NCBI GenBank assembly: GCA_030606485.1
Contig: JAUWGH010000007.1
Span: 150,001-182,000 of the forward strand
Direction of reading: 5' to 3'
DNA length: 32,000 nucleotides
Source: Promethearchaeota archaeon
GTDB taxonomy: Archaea > Asgardarchaeota > Lokiarchaeia > Sigyniarchaeales > SOKP01
Made by a program: the position numbers and the translations under genes. Below, in pieces: positions 1 through 8,766 of the stretch; positions within the stretch are counted from its first letter, which is position 1, and every line of letters starts with the position of its first letter. The notes below the pieces were generated by a model. That model did not search any database. It had not been told where the DNA came from and worked only from the letters and a program-made list of their open reading frames with translations.

Positions 1-924
1 TCTAAATAATGCCCTTTCTGCTCCCAATAACTGAATAGTTGAGGCTGGTAGCATGGCTAACTTTTTAATACTCCCGGCAGAAGCCACTAATTTAGCTCCT
101 ATTAATGCTCCTACAAGCGTTGTCAAATTAGGGGTTGCTCCATTCATTAATTCATCTAAATCATTTTCCAATCGCGTTCGATATAACTCAATAGATAGAA
201 TTAAATCGGCATATTTCTGAATATTATCAAGGTCAATCTCCGCACCCATTGAATTTTGAGATTGAGTGATGATCTCGTTCAATGTATAATCTTTAAAAGA
301 AAATTTTTCTTGAAGGTTCTCTTTAGTAAAATTCTCTCGGTTTCCAATAATTGAAATTAATTTACTAAATAACACATGATCCTCAATAATTTTGTCAGTT
401 AATTCCGGGAAATGTAATCCATACCACTCTCTAATACGTGTGCTAAATAAATTTATAGTTTTCTTTAGTAAATCAAGAGTATTTATCATTTGAATAATTA
501 ATATATCATCTTTTCCTGAAGCCCGACTTATTGATTTTTTTGCAAGACTTTCCCCTAATTTTTTCGATCGTTCTCTTATTTGTTCCTCCGTTATTTGAAC
601 TCCATATTTATTAACACTATTTATCAAATTTAATTTAAACGATTGAATAAGAGGACACGGAACCTCATGTTTTGCATTAAAATTAGAATTCTGATTAATT
701 AAATTACTTAAATTTGAATTATCAACAATAAATTCATTATACCCATTTTCTGATAACTCCTCTAATAAATATATAAATTCTTGAGGTAGATTATTTTCTC
801 CTATGAGTCCATAGAATTCAATTATTTTATTAATTTCTCCATTAAAATCTCGAAAATTAATTGGATTCTCTAATTCATCAATTACAAAAATCCCAACTAC
901 AGTATCTGCAATATAACACTTAAT
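1..924 (-). CDS. nop5: Nop5 (Nop56/58) C/D-box methylation guide RNP core protein; 3' end runs off the window; proposed ATT start at 924-922
   Basis: Not in the ORF track; translated by hand. The frame is open from 927 to 1: (I)KCYIADTVVGIFVIDE...IREWYGLHFPEL...GAKLVASAGSIKKLAMLPASTIQLLGAERALFR. REWYxxHFPEL and PASTIQxLGAEKALF are Nop-domain signatures. In-frame TAA at 930-928. Confidence 0.93.
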   Translation of the reverse strand, partial: MKCYIADTVVGIFVIDELENPINFRDFNGEINKIIEFYGLIGENNLPQEFIYLLEELSENGYNEFIVDNSNLSNLINQNSNFNAKHEVPCPLIQSFKLNLINSVNKYGVQITEEQIRERSKKLGESLAKKSISRASGKDDILIIQMINTLDLLKKTINLFSTRIREWYGLHFPELTDKIIEDHVLFSKLISIIGNRENFTKENLQEKFSFKDYTLNEIITQSQNSMGAEIDLDNIQKYADLILSIELYRTRLENDLDELMNGATPNLTTLVGALIGAKLVASAGSIKKLAMLPASTIQLLGAERALFR

Positions 925-932
925 AATTTAGT

Positions 933-938
933 CCCCTT
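933..938 (-). promoter_or_regulatory. Shine-Dalgarno-like AAGGGG upstream of the nop5 ATT codon
   Basis: Minus strand reads AAGGGG ACTAAATT ATT AAG TGT, with 8 nt to the ATT at 924. It is an imperfect match to the archaeal GGAGGTGA consensus. Confidence 0.4.
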
Positions 939-1036
939 ATACTATCTTTAAATAATATAAAAATACTTATTATTATAATAATGAGTTCCCTATTAAAAAT
1001 AAACATATCAACACTTGAAAAATTTTAAAAATAATA

Positions 1037-1954
1037 ATGAGTGAATTTTTTAAAAAAATTGCCGAGAAACCATTCATATTGGCTTCTGGTATTCTTGGTG
1101 TTTCTTATTCTAGTATGAAACGGATATTTGAAGGGGGAGCAGGAGCAGTAGTCACAAAATCAATTGGACCAATTCTAAGAAAGGGATATAAAAATCCTTC
1201 AATTATAGAAATACTGCCTGGAACTTTCATTAATAGCGTTGGTCTTGCAAATCCAGGTATAGATAATTTTATTTCAGAGATTAAAGAATTAAAACAGAAT
1301 AATATAACAACTATTGTCTCAGTTTTTGGGGATTCAATAGAAACCTATACCCAGGTAGCAGTAAAGGCCCAAGATGCGGGTGCAGATGCTATAGAATTAA
1401 ATATTTCTTGCCCTCATGCTGAAATATCGATTATTTGTCAAAATAAACAATTAACATATGAATATGTTGTAGCTGTTAAAAAAGAGTTAAAAATACCATT
1501 AATTGTAAAGTTATCTCCAAATGTAACAGATATAGGCGAGATTGCATTAAGTGCTGAGAAAGCGGGGGCAGACGCTATCACCGCAATTAATACAGTAAAT
1601 GCAATGGTAATTGATATTGAAACTCAGAGACCAATTTTATCACATGGAAGCGGTGGTCTTTCTGGGAAAGCAATCCATCCTATAGCTGTAAAAAAAATGT
1701 TTGATCTTTATAAAATTGTAAGAATTCCTATATTTGGATGTGGTGGAGTATTTACAGGGGAAGACGCAATTGAATTTTTCTTGGCTGGCGCTTCTGCTGT
1801 TCAAATTGGTTCCGCTTTATATCAAGATTACAATGCAATAACGAATATTATTAATAGCGCTAAAAAATATTTAGAAGTTCATAATTATAAATCATTCTCA
1901 GATATAGTTGGAAATGCACATAAATTTGAAACTCAGGAGGCTCCAGATTTTTAA
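1037..1954 (+). CDS. pyrD: Dihydroorotate dehydrogenase family 1B, catalytic subunit
   Basis: Motifs ILASG, ELNISCPH, VKLSPN, AINT, GGLSG, GCGGV, AVQIGSA; coupled to a PyrK-like gene by a TAATG overlap. Confidence 0.95.
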   Translation: MSEFFKKIAEKPFILASGILGVSYSSMKRIFEGGAGAVVTKSIGPILRKGYKNPSIIEILPGTFINSVGLANPGIDNFISEIKELKQNNITTIVSVFGDSIETYTQVAVKAQDAGADAIELNISCPHAEISIICQNKQLTYEYVVAVKKELKIPLIVKLSPNVTDIGEIALSAEKAGADAITAINTVNAMVIDIETQRPILSHGSGGLSGKAIHPIAVKKMFDLYKIVRIPIFGCGGVFTGEDAIEFFLAGASAVQIGSALYQDYNAITNIINSAKKYLEVHNYKSFSDIVGNAHKFETQEAPDF

Positions 1955-2817
1955 TGATTAAAAAACCACGAATGGTTCAAATATCGGAGATTGTCCAAGA
2001 GTCAAAGGATGTTAAAACTTTTACTTTTAATATCAAATCAATCCTCAGTAATTACTCTATTCAATATCAAGATCCCACTCCTGGTGAGTTTTTAATGGTG
2101 TGGGTACCCGGAATAGATGAAATTCCAATGTCCCTATCTGGATTTAACAATAATAAAGATTGGAGTATAACCGTTAAAGAAGTAGGAGAATGTACCGAAA
2201 TGCTCTTCAATTTAGAAAAGAGCGATTTAGTAGGAATACGAGGACCATTTGGTAATGGATTTCAAATTCCTGAATTTAACTTCAATAACCAATTAAACAT
2301 TGTCGTTGGTGGTGGCATTGGAATGGCTCCATTAATACCATTAATTTCTGAATTAATAAAACTAAAAATAAAGATAATTGTAATAGAAGGTGTAAAAAGT
2401 AAGGAAGAAATTATCTTTAAAAAGTATTTAAAAAATTATTTAATAGAAAATGAAACCTTCTATATCTCAACCGATGATGGGAGTTATGGGTATAAAGGAT
2501 TTGCAACAGATCTTTTTAATTCAATTATAGAAAAGGAAATAGAAAAAGGAAATAAAATAAATCAAGTGTATAGTTGCGGACCAGAACAAATGATGTATGA
2601 ATTATTTCATATTTGCGAAAAATTCAATATTTCCTTTCAAGGAAGTCTTGAAAGAATGATGCGATGTGGATTTGGTATGTGTGGATTATGTGTATTAGAT
2701 CCCTCGGGTATTAGAGTTTGTCGGGAAGGTCCAATTCTTGATTCAAAAATTTTAAGAACTTGTACTGATTTTGGTAAATATAATAGAGATTTTAGCGGCA
2801 AAAAAAATACGATATAG
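1954..2817 (+). CDS. pyrK: Dihydroorotate dehydrogenase electron transfer subunit (FAD, [2Fe-2S])
   Basis: PGEFLMVW, EIPMSLS, GIRGPFGNGF, VGGGIGMAP, SCGPEQM, ERMMRCGFGMCGLC...VCREGP; directly downstream of pyrD. Confidence 0.9.
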   Translation: MIKKPRMVQISEIVQESKDVKTFTFNIKSILSNYSIQYQDPTPGEFLMVWVPGIDEIPMSLSGFNNNKDWSITVKEVGECTEMLFNLEKSDLVGIRGPFGNGFQIPEFNFNNQLNIVVGGGIGMAPLIPLISELIKLKIKIIVIEGVKSKEEIIFKKYLKNYLIENETFYISTDDGSYGYKGFATDLFNSIIEKEIEKGNKINQVYSCGPEQMMYELFHICEKFNISFQGSLERMMRCGFGMCGLCVLDPSGIRVCREGPILDSKILRTCTDFGKYNRDFSGKKNTI

Positions 2818-2836
2818 AAGTTAGAGTCATTTTTTA

Positions 2837-4468
2837 ATGCAATCACAAAATTTGGATACTTCATCTGTAACTGAAAAAAAAGTTGCTCGAGAAATAATTG
2901 AATTTTTGTTTAAACATCCAAATTTCAATAAAACAAAAATAACTCAACTTAAAGGTAAAATTGGCAAAAAATATAGATATTTTAAGGTTATAAAGAATGC
3001 AACAATTTTAAAACATGCAAAAGATTCAGAATATGAATTTTTAACTAATCTATTAAAGAGAAGAATAACACGAACTATATCTGGTGTGACTATTGTTGCA
3101 ATTATGACCAAGCCCCTTCCGTGTCCTGGAACATGTATCTATTGTCCAGGTCCAAATTCACAACCTGATAAACCAGTAGCACAATCATACACGGGATTAG
3201 AACCTGCTGCAATGAGGTCCATTCACAACAATTATGATCCTTACCTACAAGTCAAAAGTCGTATAGAAGATTTAGAAGCAATTGGTCATAGTGTAGATAA
3301 AATTGAATTAATTGTTATGGGTGGAACTTTTCTTTCAACAAATATTGAATATCAAAATTTCTTTATTCAAGGAGCATTAGAAGGAGTTATAGATAAAAGA
3401 GTTTCTTCTCTTAATAAAGCAAAAAAAATAGCTGAAAAATCCTCCAGGACATTAGTTGGACTGACTATTGAAACTCGCCCTGATTATTGTACTCCAAAAT
3501 TTATTGATTATATGTTAAATTATAGTGCCACTAGAGTAGAAATTGGAGTTCAAACAGTTTTTGATGACATTTTTAAATTAGTAAATCGCGGACATACCAC
3601 TAAAGAGAGTATTGAGGCAATTAGATGGGCAAAAGATGCAGGTTTAAAAGTAAATACTCACATAATGCCAAATTTACCTGGTTCAAATTATTCTAAAGAC
3701 TTGGAATTGTTTGATATCCTTTTTTCTGATCCAGAATATAAACCTGATCTACTAAAAATTTATCCTTGTTTAGTAGTAAAGGGAACCGAATTATATAATT
3801 GGTGGAGGGAAGGAAAATATCAACCATATGATTTGGAGAGACTTATTGATTTAATTGCAAATGTAAAAAGAAACCTTCCACCATATGTTAGGATACAAAG
3901 AATAATGCGAGATATACCAGCTCAGTTAATAGAGGCTGGTTGTAAAAAGAGTAATTTGAGACAACTTGTTAAAGACAGGTTAAATCAATTAAATAGTAGT
4001 TGTAATTGCATTCGATGTCGTGAATATGGTATATCAAATAGAGATGACGTGATTGATACAAACTCATTTGAAAATATCAAATTATATAGATTGGATTATA
4101 AAGCATCTAAAGGTTCTGAAATTTTTCTTTCCTATGAGAATAAACCAAAAAATTATTTGATTGGATATTTACGCTTAAGAAAACCCTCTGAGTTTGCTCA
4201 TAGAGCTGAATTAAATGATGGAAATACAATGATTGTAAGAGAAATAAAAGTTGTAGGAGAATTAGTTCCAAAAGGCTCCAAACCGGTTAAGGAATCTCAA
4301 ATACAACACCGAGGATTTGGAAAAGAATTGATGGAACATGCTGAAAAAATATCAAGGGAGGAGTTTGATGCCAAAAAATTAGCTGTAATAAGCGGTCTTG
4401 GAGTGAAACGATGGTTTAAGAAAATGGGTTATAATAAAGACGGACTATATGTTTCAATTAAGTTATAA
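2837..4468 (+). CDS. elp3: Elp3 radical SAM/KAT tRNA U34 carboxymethyltransferase
   Basis: RTISGVTIVAIMTKPLPCPGTCIYCPG (CxxxCxxC), GGTF, TIETRPD, RVEIGVQ, LKIYP, RIQRIMRDIP, and the C-terminal acetyl-CoA motif QHRGFGKELM. Confidence 0.94.
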   Translation: MQSQNLDTSSVTEKKVAREIIEFLFKHPNFNKTKITQLKGKIGKKYRYFKVIKNATILKHAKDSEYEFLTNLLKRRITRTISGVTIVAIMTKPLPCPGTCIYCPGPNSQPDKPVAQSYTGLEPAAMRSIHNNYDPYLQVKSRIEDLEAIGHSVDKIELIVMGGTFLSTNIEYQNFFIQGALEGVIDKRVSSLNKAKKIAEKSSRTLVGLTIETRPDYCTPKFIDYMLNYSATRVEIGVQTVFDDIFKLVNRGHTTKESIEAIRWAKDAGLKVNTHIMPNLPGSNYSKDLELFDILFSDPEYKPDLLKIYPCLVVKGTELYNWWREGKYQPYDLERLIDLIANVKRNLPPYVRIQRIMRDIPAQLIEAGCKKSNLRQLVKDRLNQLNSSCNCIRCREYGISNRDDVIDTNSFENIKLYRLDYKASKGSEIFLSYENKPKNYLIGYLRLRKPSEFAHRAELNDGNTMIVREIKVVGELVPKGSKPVKESQIQHRGFGKELMEHAEKISREEFDAKKLAVISGLGVKRWFKKMGYNKDGLYVSIKL

Positions 4469-4544
4469 TAAAATAAAAAGTTAAAATTTAATGAATAAAT
4501 AGAATTTAAAAAAGTTATAAACCTCCAAAATAACTGTTAAAAGA

Positions 4545-6476
4545 TTGAAGATGACAGAATATAATTATAAAGAACTTGGATTAAAATGCGGAATAGAAAT
4601 TCATCAGCAATTAAATTCAACAACTAAGTTATTTTGTAGATGTCCGAGTAAATTACAAGGTAGTAGATCTCCTGATTTTACTACTCTTAGATATATGAGA
4701 CCAGTTCTAGGAGAGATGGGTGAATATGATGAAGCTATGCTTACAGAATATTCAAAGGGAATGACAATTATATATGAAGGCTATAATGATTTGATTTGTA
4801 CTTATGAGCTAGATGAAACCCCTCCATTTGAATGTAATCCAGAAGCTATTGATATTGCCCTAATGATAGCCTCTCTTTTAAAAATGACTGTAATCAATGA
4901 ATTACATATCTCACGCAAAAATTATCTTGATGGAAGCGTTCCATGTGGTTTTCAAAGAACAACAGTAGTTGCAACCGATGGAGAAATAACGTTGGCAAGT
5001 GGAAAAACGATTGGATTAGAATTTGTTTGTTTAGAAGAAGATGCTGCAAGGAAGATCAAAACAGAAAATAAAAATCAATATTTTCGATTAGATAGATTAG
5101 GTATTCCTCTCGTTGAAATTACTACTAAACCTGATATTTATACTCCACAAGAAGCTCGGGACTGTGCAGAACGTATTGGATTACTTCTTTGGGGAACAGG
5201 AAAGGTAAAAACTATCTTAGGCTCCATAAGACAAGACTTAAATATTAGTATTGAAAATGGAAGCCGTATTGAAATTAAAGGAGTTCAAAAATTAGATTGG
5301 TTTACACCACTTATTAATAATGAAATTTCACGACAAATTAAATTAATCGAAATAACGAATAAATTAAAGGAAAAAGGAATAAAACAAGAATATATTAAAG
5401 AAGATATTGTTGATCTCTCTAAAGAATTAAGAGATACTAAGTGTAGTTTTGTTAATAAAGGTATAAAATCAGGTAAAAAACTATTCGGAATAAATTTACC
5501 TGGATTTAATGGGATTTTTGGTCTTGAACTCCAACCAAATAGACGATTTGGAACTGAAGTTGCAAATAAGGTTCAAGAAATCTCTGGACTTAAAGGATTA
5601 ATTCATTCTGATGAAGATTTAAAGGAATATGGATTCTCAGAAAAAGAAATTGATCTCATTAAAAATAAATTAAACACAAAAGATTCTGATTGTTTTGTAT
5701 TAGTTTTAGGAATAGAAAAAACCGTAAAAAAGGCAATGGATGTAATAATAAAAAGAACTAAATTGGCATTTAAAGGAGTTCCTGGTGAGACACGAAGAGC
5801 TTTAGAAGATGGTAATACAGAATTTCTTAGAGAATTACATGGGGGTGCTCGTCTCTACCCTGACACGGATTCTAAAGCAATTATTATCACTGAGGATAAA
5901 ATTAAAAGGATCCAGCAAAATCTACCAAAATATCCATGGGATTTGATGAAAAAATATTCTGAACAATTTAAAATTAAAGAACAATCCATAAAAGACCTTA
6001 TTTTTGAAGGTAAGTTGAAATTATTTGAAGAATTAATTAATATCTATAAAGAAAATCCTACTCTAATAATTACCACCTTATTAGAGACGACAAAAGCATT
6101 GAGAAGGGATGGAATAAACGTGAGTAATCTTACTAATACTCATTTTTCTGATCTATTCACTTCATTAAAAAAGAATGAGATTAGCAAAGAGGCTATTGAG
6201 GACATTCTAATTAAACTTTCTAACTATCCAAATACAAACTTTAAAGAAGTGAAAGAACAATTAAAAATAATCAAGCTTTCAGAAGTTGATTTAATCAAAT
6301 TAATTCAAAAAATCGTCAATAAAGAAGTAGAACTTATTAGAAAAAGTGAAATGAGATCTTTTAGCCCTTTAATGGGAGAAGTGATGAAAGAGGTAAAAGG
6401 AAAAATCGATGGGAAAATTGTAGCTGAAAAATTAAAAAAAGCAATTACAAATAAATTGGAGGAGTTAAAAAAATGA
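4545..6476 (+). CDS. gatE: Glutamyl-tRNA(Gln) amidotransferase subunit E (start TTG 4545 or ATG 4551)
   Basis: GLKCGIEIHQQL, RKNYLDGSVPCGFQRT, LEEDAAR, LDRLGIPLVEI, RQDLNISI, EIKGVQ, GARLYPDTD; includes the AspRS-like insertion. Confidence 0.96.
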   Translation: MKMTEYNYKELGLKCGIEIHQQLNSTTKLFCRCPSKLQGSRSPDFTTLRYMRPVLGEMGEYDEAMLTEYSKGMTIIYEGYNDLICTYELDETPPFECNPEAIDIALMIASLLKMTVINELHISRKNYLDGSVPCGFQRTTVVATDGEITLASGKTIGLEFVCLEEDAARKIKTENKNQYFRLDRLGIPLVEITTKPDIYTPQEARDCAERIGLLLWGTGKVKTILGSIRQDLNISIENGSRIEIKGVQKLDWFTPLINNEISRQIKLIEITNKLKEKGIKQEYIKEDIVDLSKELRDTKCSFVNKGIKSGKKLFGINLPGFNGIFGLELQPNRRFGTEVANKVQEISGLKGLIHSDEDLKEYGFSEKEIDLIKNKLNTKDSDCFVLVLGIEKTVKKAMDVIIKRTKLAFKGVPGETRRALEDGNTEFLRELHGGARLYPDTDSKAIIITEDKIKRIQQNLPKYPWDLMKKYSEQFKIKEQSIKDLIFEGKLKLFEELINIYKENPTLIITTLLETTKALRRDGINVSNLTNTHFSDLFTSLKKNEISKEAIEDILIKLSNYPNTNFKEVKEQLKIIKLSEVDLIKLIQKIVNKEVELIRKSEMRSFSPLMGEVMKEVKGKIDGKIVAEKLKKAITNKLEELKK

Positions 6477-7831
6477 GTAGAAATCAAAATAATGAAAAAT
6501 ACCCAGGATATTCTAAAGACGTAATTGATATTTTAGAAAAATTTGGGGTAAAAATATGGTCGATTATAGAAATTAAAACCAGAACTACTGAATATAAAGG
6601 AATTTTACTCCCCCGGTCCAAGTTTTCAGAACCAGGATTTATTGAAATTAAATTGGATAATGGTTATAATATTGGAGTTCAATTATCAAAAGATATTGAA
6701 ATCAAGATTCTTGGAAAACGTGAAGGAAAATATAATGTACCTGAAAAAAGCTTTCCAATAAATAAAAAATTACCAAATATCAAACTTTTTGGCACCGGTG
6801 GAACTGTCGCTTGTAGACTTGATTATACCACAGGTGCTGTTATTCCTGCCTTCACACCAGGAGAATTATTCAGTGCAGTTCCGGAATTAGCTGATATCTG
6901 TAATTTAGACACTGAAATTGTCTTTGAAATTCTCTCTGAAAATATGAAACCAAGTTCTTGGCAAAAATTAGCAGAAAAGGTAGAAAAGGAAGCAAATTCC
7001 GGCATCGATGGAATTATTATTGGACACGGAACGGATACTATGAGTTTCACATCTGCAGCTTTATCATTTATGCTAAAGGATTTATCCATACCTGTCGTAT
7101 TAGTTGGAAGTCAAAGAAGTAGCGATCGTCCATCTTCAGATTCTGCATTAAATTTAATTAATGCTGTAACTGTCGCAGCTAAATCTGACTTAGCAGAAGT
7201 AGTTGTATGTATGTTGGGTTCCTCATCTCATAAATACGGACTTATACATAGAGGTACACTTGTAAGAAAAATGCACACTTCCTATAGACACACCTTCAGG
7301 ACGATTGGAAATATCCCTCTAGGAAAGGTGGAAAATGGTAAAATAACCATGTTTCAAACCGATTATCATAAAAGAAAAAAATCGGAAACTAAAACACTTT
7401 TAAAATTTGAAGAAAAAATTGGATTAGTCTATTCCTATCCAGGAATGACAAATGATATCATTAATTTTTATATAGATAAAGAATATAGAGGAATAGTGCT
7501 TGCTGGAACTGGTTTAGGTCATACGTCAACATATATATTTGACTCAATTAAAAGAGCAATTGAAGAAGGAATAATAATTTTAATGGTAACTCAATGTCTT
7601 AATGGTTTTGTAGGAATGGATGTTTATTCTACAGGAAGAAATTTAACACAATTAGGAGTAATTCCTGGTAAAAACTTGTTACCTGAAGTTGCTTACGTAA
7701 AACTCGGATGGGTATTAGGACAAACTCAAAATCCTGATGAAATTAAAAGTTTATTGTTAAAAAACATTGCCGGAGAATTTTTAGAAAGAGAGATTCCAAT
7801 CGCCTTTAATTATAATGCCGATGAATTATAA
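6473..7831 (+). CDS. gatD: Glutamyl-tRNA(Gln) amidotransferase subunit D
   Basis: KLDNGYNIG, GTGGTVACRLDYTTGAV, HGTDTM, GSQRSSDRPSSD; ATGA overlap with gatE; SD GGAGG at 6458-6462. Confidence 0.96.
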   Translation: MSRNQNNEKYPGYSKDVIDILEKFGVKIWSIIEIKTRTTEYKGILLPRSKFSEPGFIEIKLDNGYNIGVQLSKDIEIKILGKREGKYNVPEKSFPINKKLPNIKLFGTGGTVACRLDYTTGAVIPAFTPGELFSAVPELADICNLDTEIVFEILSENMKPSSWQKLAEKVEKEANSGIDGIIIGHGTDTMSFTSAALSFMLKDLSIPVVLVGSQRSSDRPSSDSALNLINAVTVAAKSDLAEVVVCMLGSSSHKYGLIHRGTLVRKMHTSYRHTFRTIGNIPLGKVENGKITMFQTDYHKRKKSETKTLLKFEEKIGLVYSYPGMTNDIINFYIDKEYRGIVLAGTGLGHTSTYIFDSIKRAIEEGIIILMVTQCLNGFVGMDVYSTGRNLTQLGVIPGKNLLPEVAYVKLGWVLGQTQNPDEIKSLLLKNIAGEFLEREIPIAFNYNADEL

Positions 7832-7840
7832 AAAAAATTG

Positions 7841-7861
7841 ACATAAAACATAAAACATAAA
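7841..7861. repeat. Short tandem repeat (ACATAAA)x3
   Basis: Three exact 7-nt copies in the gatD-rpl2 spacer. Confidence 0.75.
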
Positions 7862-7931
7862 AATTTTGCACTATTTAACTTTTTTAACTTTTCAAGATAT
7901 TATTAAGAATAAGTAAGCCATGTGAATTTGG

Positions 7932-8651
7932 ATGGGAAAACGAATTTTAGTTCAGCGTAAAGGACGTGGAGGCTTAAATTTTCGAAGCCCTAGCCATAAA
8001 CATATTGGAGCGGTCCATTATCGCAATATCATAGATAGAAATGATGTAAAGAAATTCAAAATTATTGAATTACTTCATTCTCCTGGAAGAGGAGCTCCTG
8101 TTGCAAGAGTGAGATATAATGATGGAAAAGTTCATTTGTTTCTTCCTCCAGAAGGTATTTTTGTGGGTGACGAATTTACCCATGGAGCTGGAGGAAAAAT
8201 TGAAATTGGAAATGTTCTGCCAATTATAGATGCCCCTCTTGGAACTTACATATTCAACATAGAATCTACACCTTTTGATGGAGGAAAATTTGTTAGATCT
8301 TCAGGAACTACTGGAAATGTTGTAGGACGCTCGAAAAATTCAACGGAAGTACAATTCCCTTCAAAGAAAAAGCGCTTATTTAATAATAATTGCTTATGTA
8401 CGATAGGAATCGTTGCGGGTGGTGGTAGAACTGAAAAACCATTTGTGAAAGCTGGAAATAAATACCACTATATCAAACCTAAAGCTAAAAAGTGGCCAAT
8501 TAATCGAGGCGTTGCTATGGCTGCTTGTTCACACCCTCATGGTGGAGGAAGTAAGCAAGGACCTGGAGGTTCAACCACAATTTCTCGTAATGCTCCTCCA
8601 GGAAGGAAAGTTGGATTAATTGCAGCAAGAAGATCTGGTCGTAGGAAATAA
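7932..8651 (+). CDS. rpl2: 50S ribosomal protein uL2 (archaeal L2)
   Basis: MGKRILVQRKGRG, HSPGRGAPVA, DGGKFVRSSG, GGRTEKPFVKAG, RGVAMAACSHPHGGG, PPGRKVGLIAARRSG. Confidence 0.97.
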   Translation: MGKRILVQRKGRGGLNFRSPSHKHIGAVHYRNIIDRNDVKKFKIIELLHSPGRGAPVARVRYNDGKVHLFLPPEGIFVGDEFTHGAGGKIEIGNVLPIIDAPLGTYIFNIESTPFDGGKFVRSSGTTGNVVGRSKNSTEVQFPSKKKRLFNNNCLCTIGIVAGGGRTEKPFVKAGNKYHYIKPKAKKWPINRGVAMAACSHPHGGGSKQGPGGSTTISRNAPPGRKVGLIAARRSGRRK

Positions 8652-8766
8652 AAAATTTAATTCTTAAAATGTATATAAGTTAAAATTTCCTTAATTACTC
8701 TTTAGGAATTTTACTGATTAAAAAAAAAAATTTAAAAAATTTTAAATTTATTAATAATTTAAAAAA

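Noticed and set aside
2637-7089. Track ORFs 2637-2864(-), 6305-6487(-) and 6823-7089(-)
   Set aside because: Antisense shadows of pyrK/elp3, gatE/gatD and gatD, with no motifs or SD.
7841-7861. (ACATAAA)x3 as a CRISPR or phase-variation element
   Set aside because: It is only 21 nt, has no spacers and is intergenic; this is expected slippage in AT-rich DNA.
8652-8766. A/T runs and a 10-bp inverted repeat between convergent rpl2 and acyl-CoA ligase
   Set aside because: Low-complexity sequence, adequately explained as a bidirectional oligo-T terminator zone.
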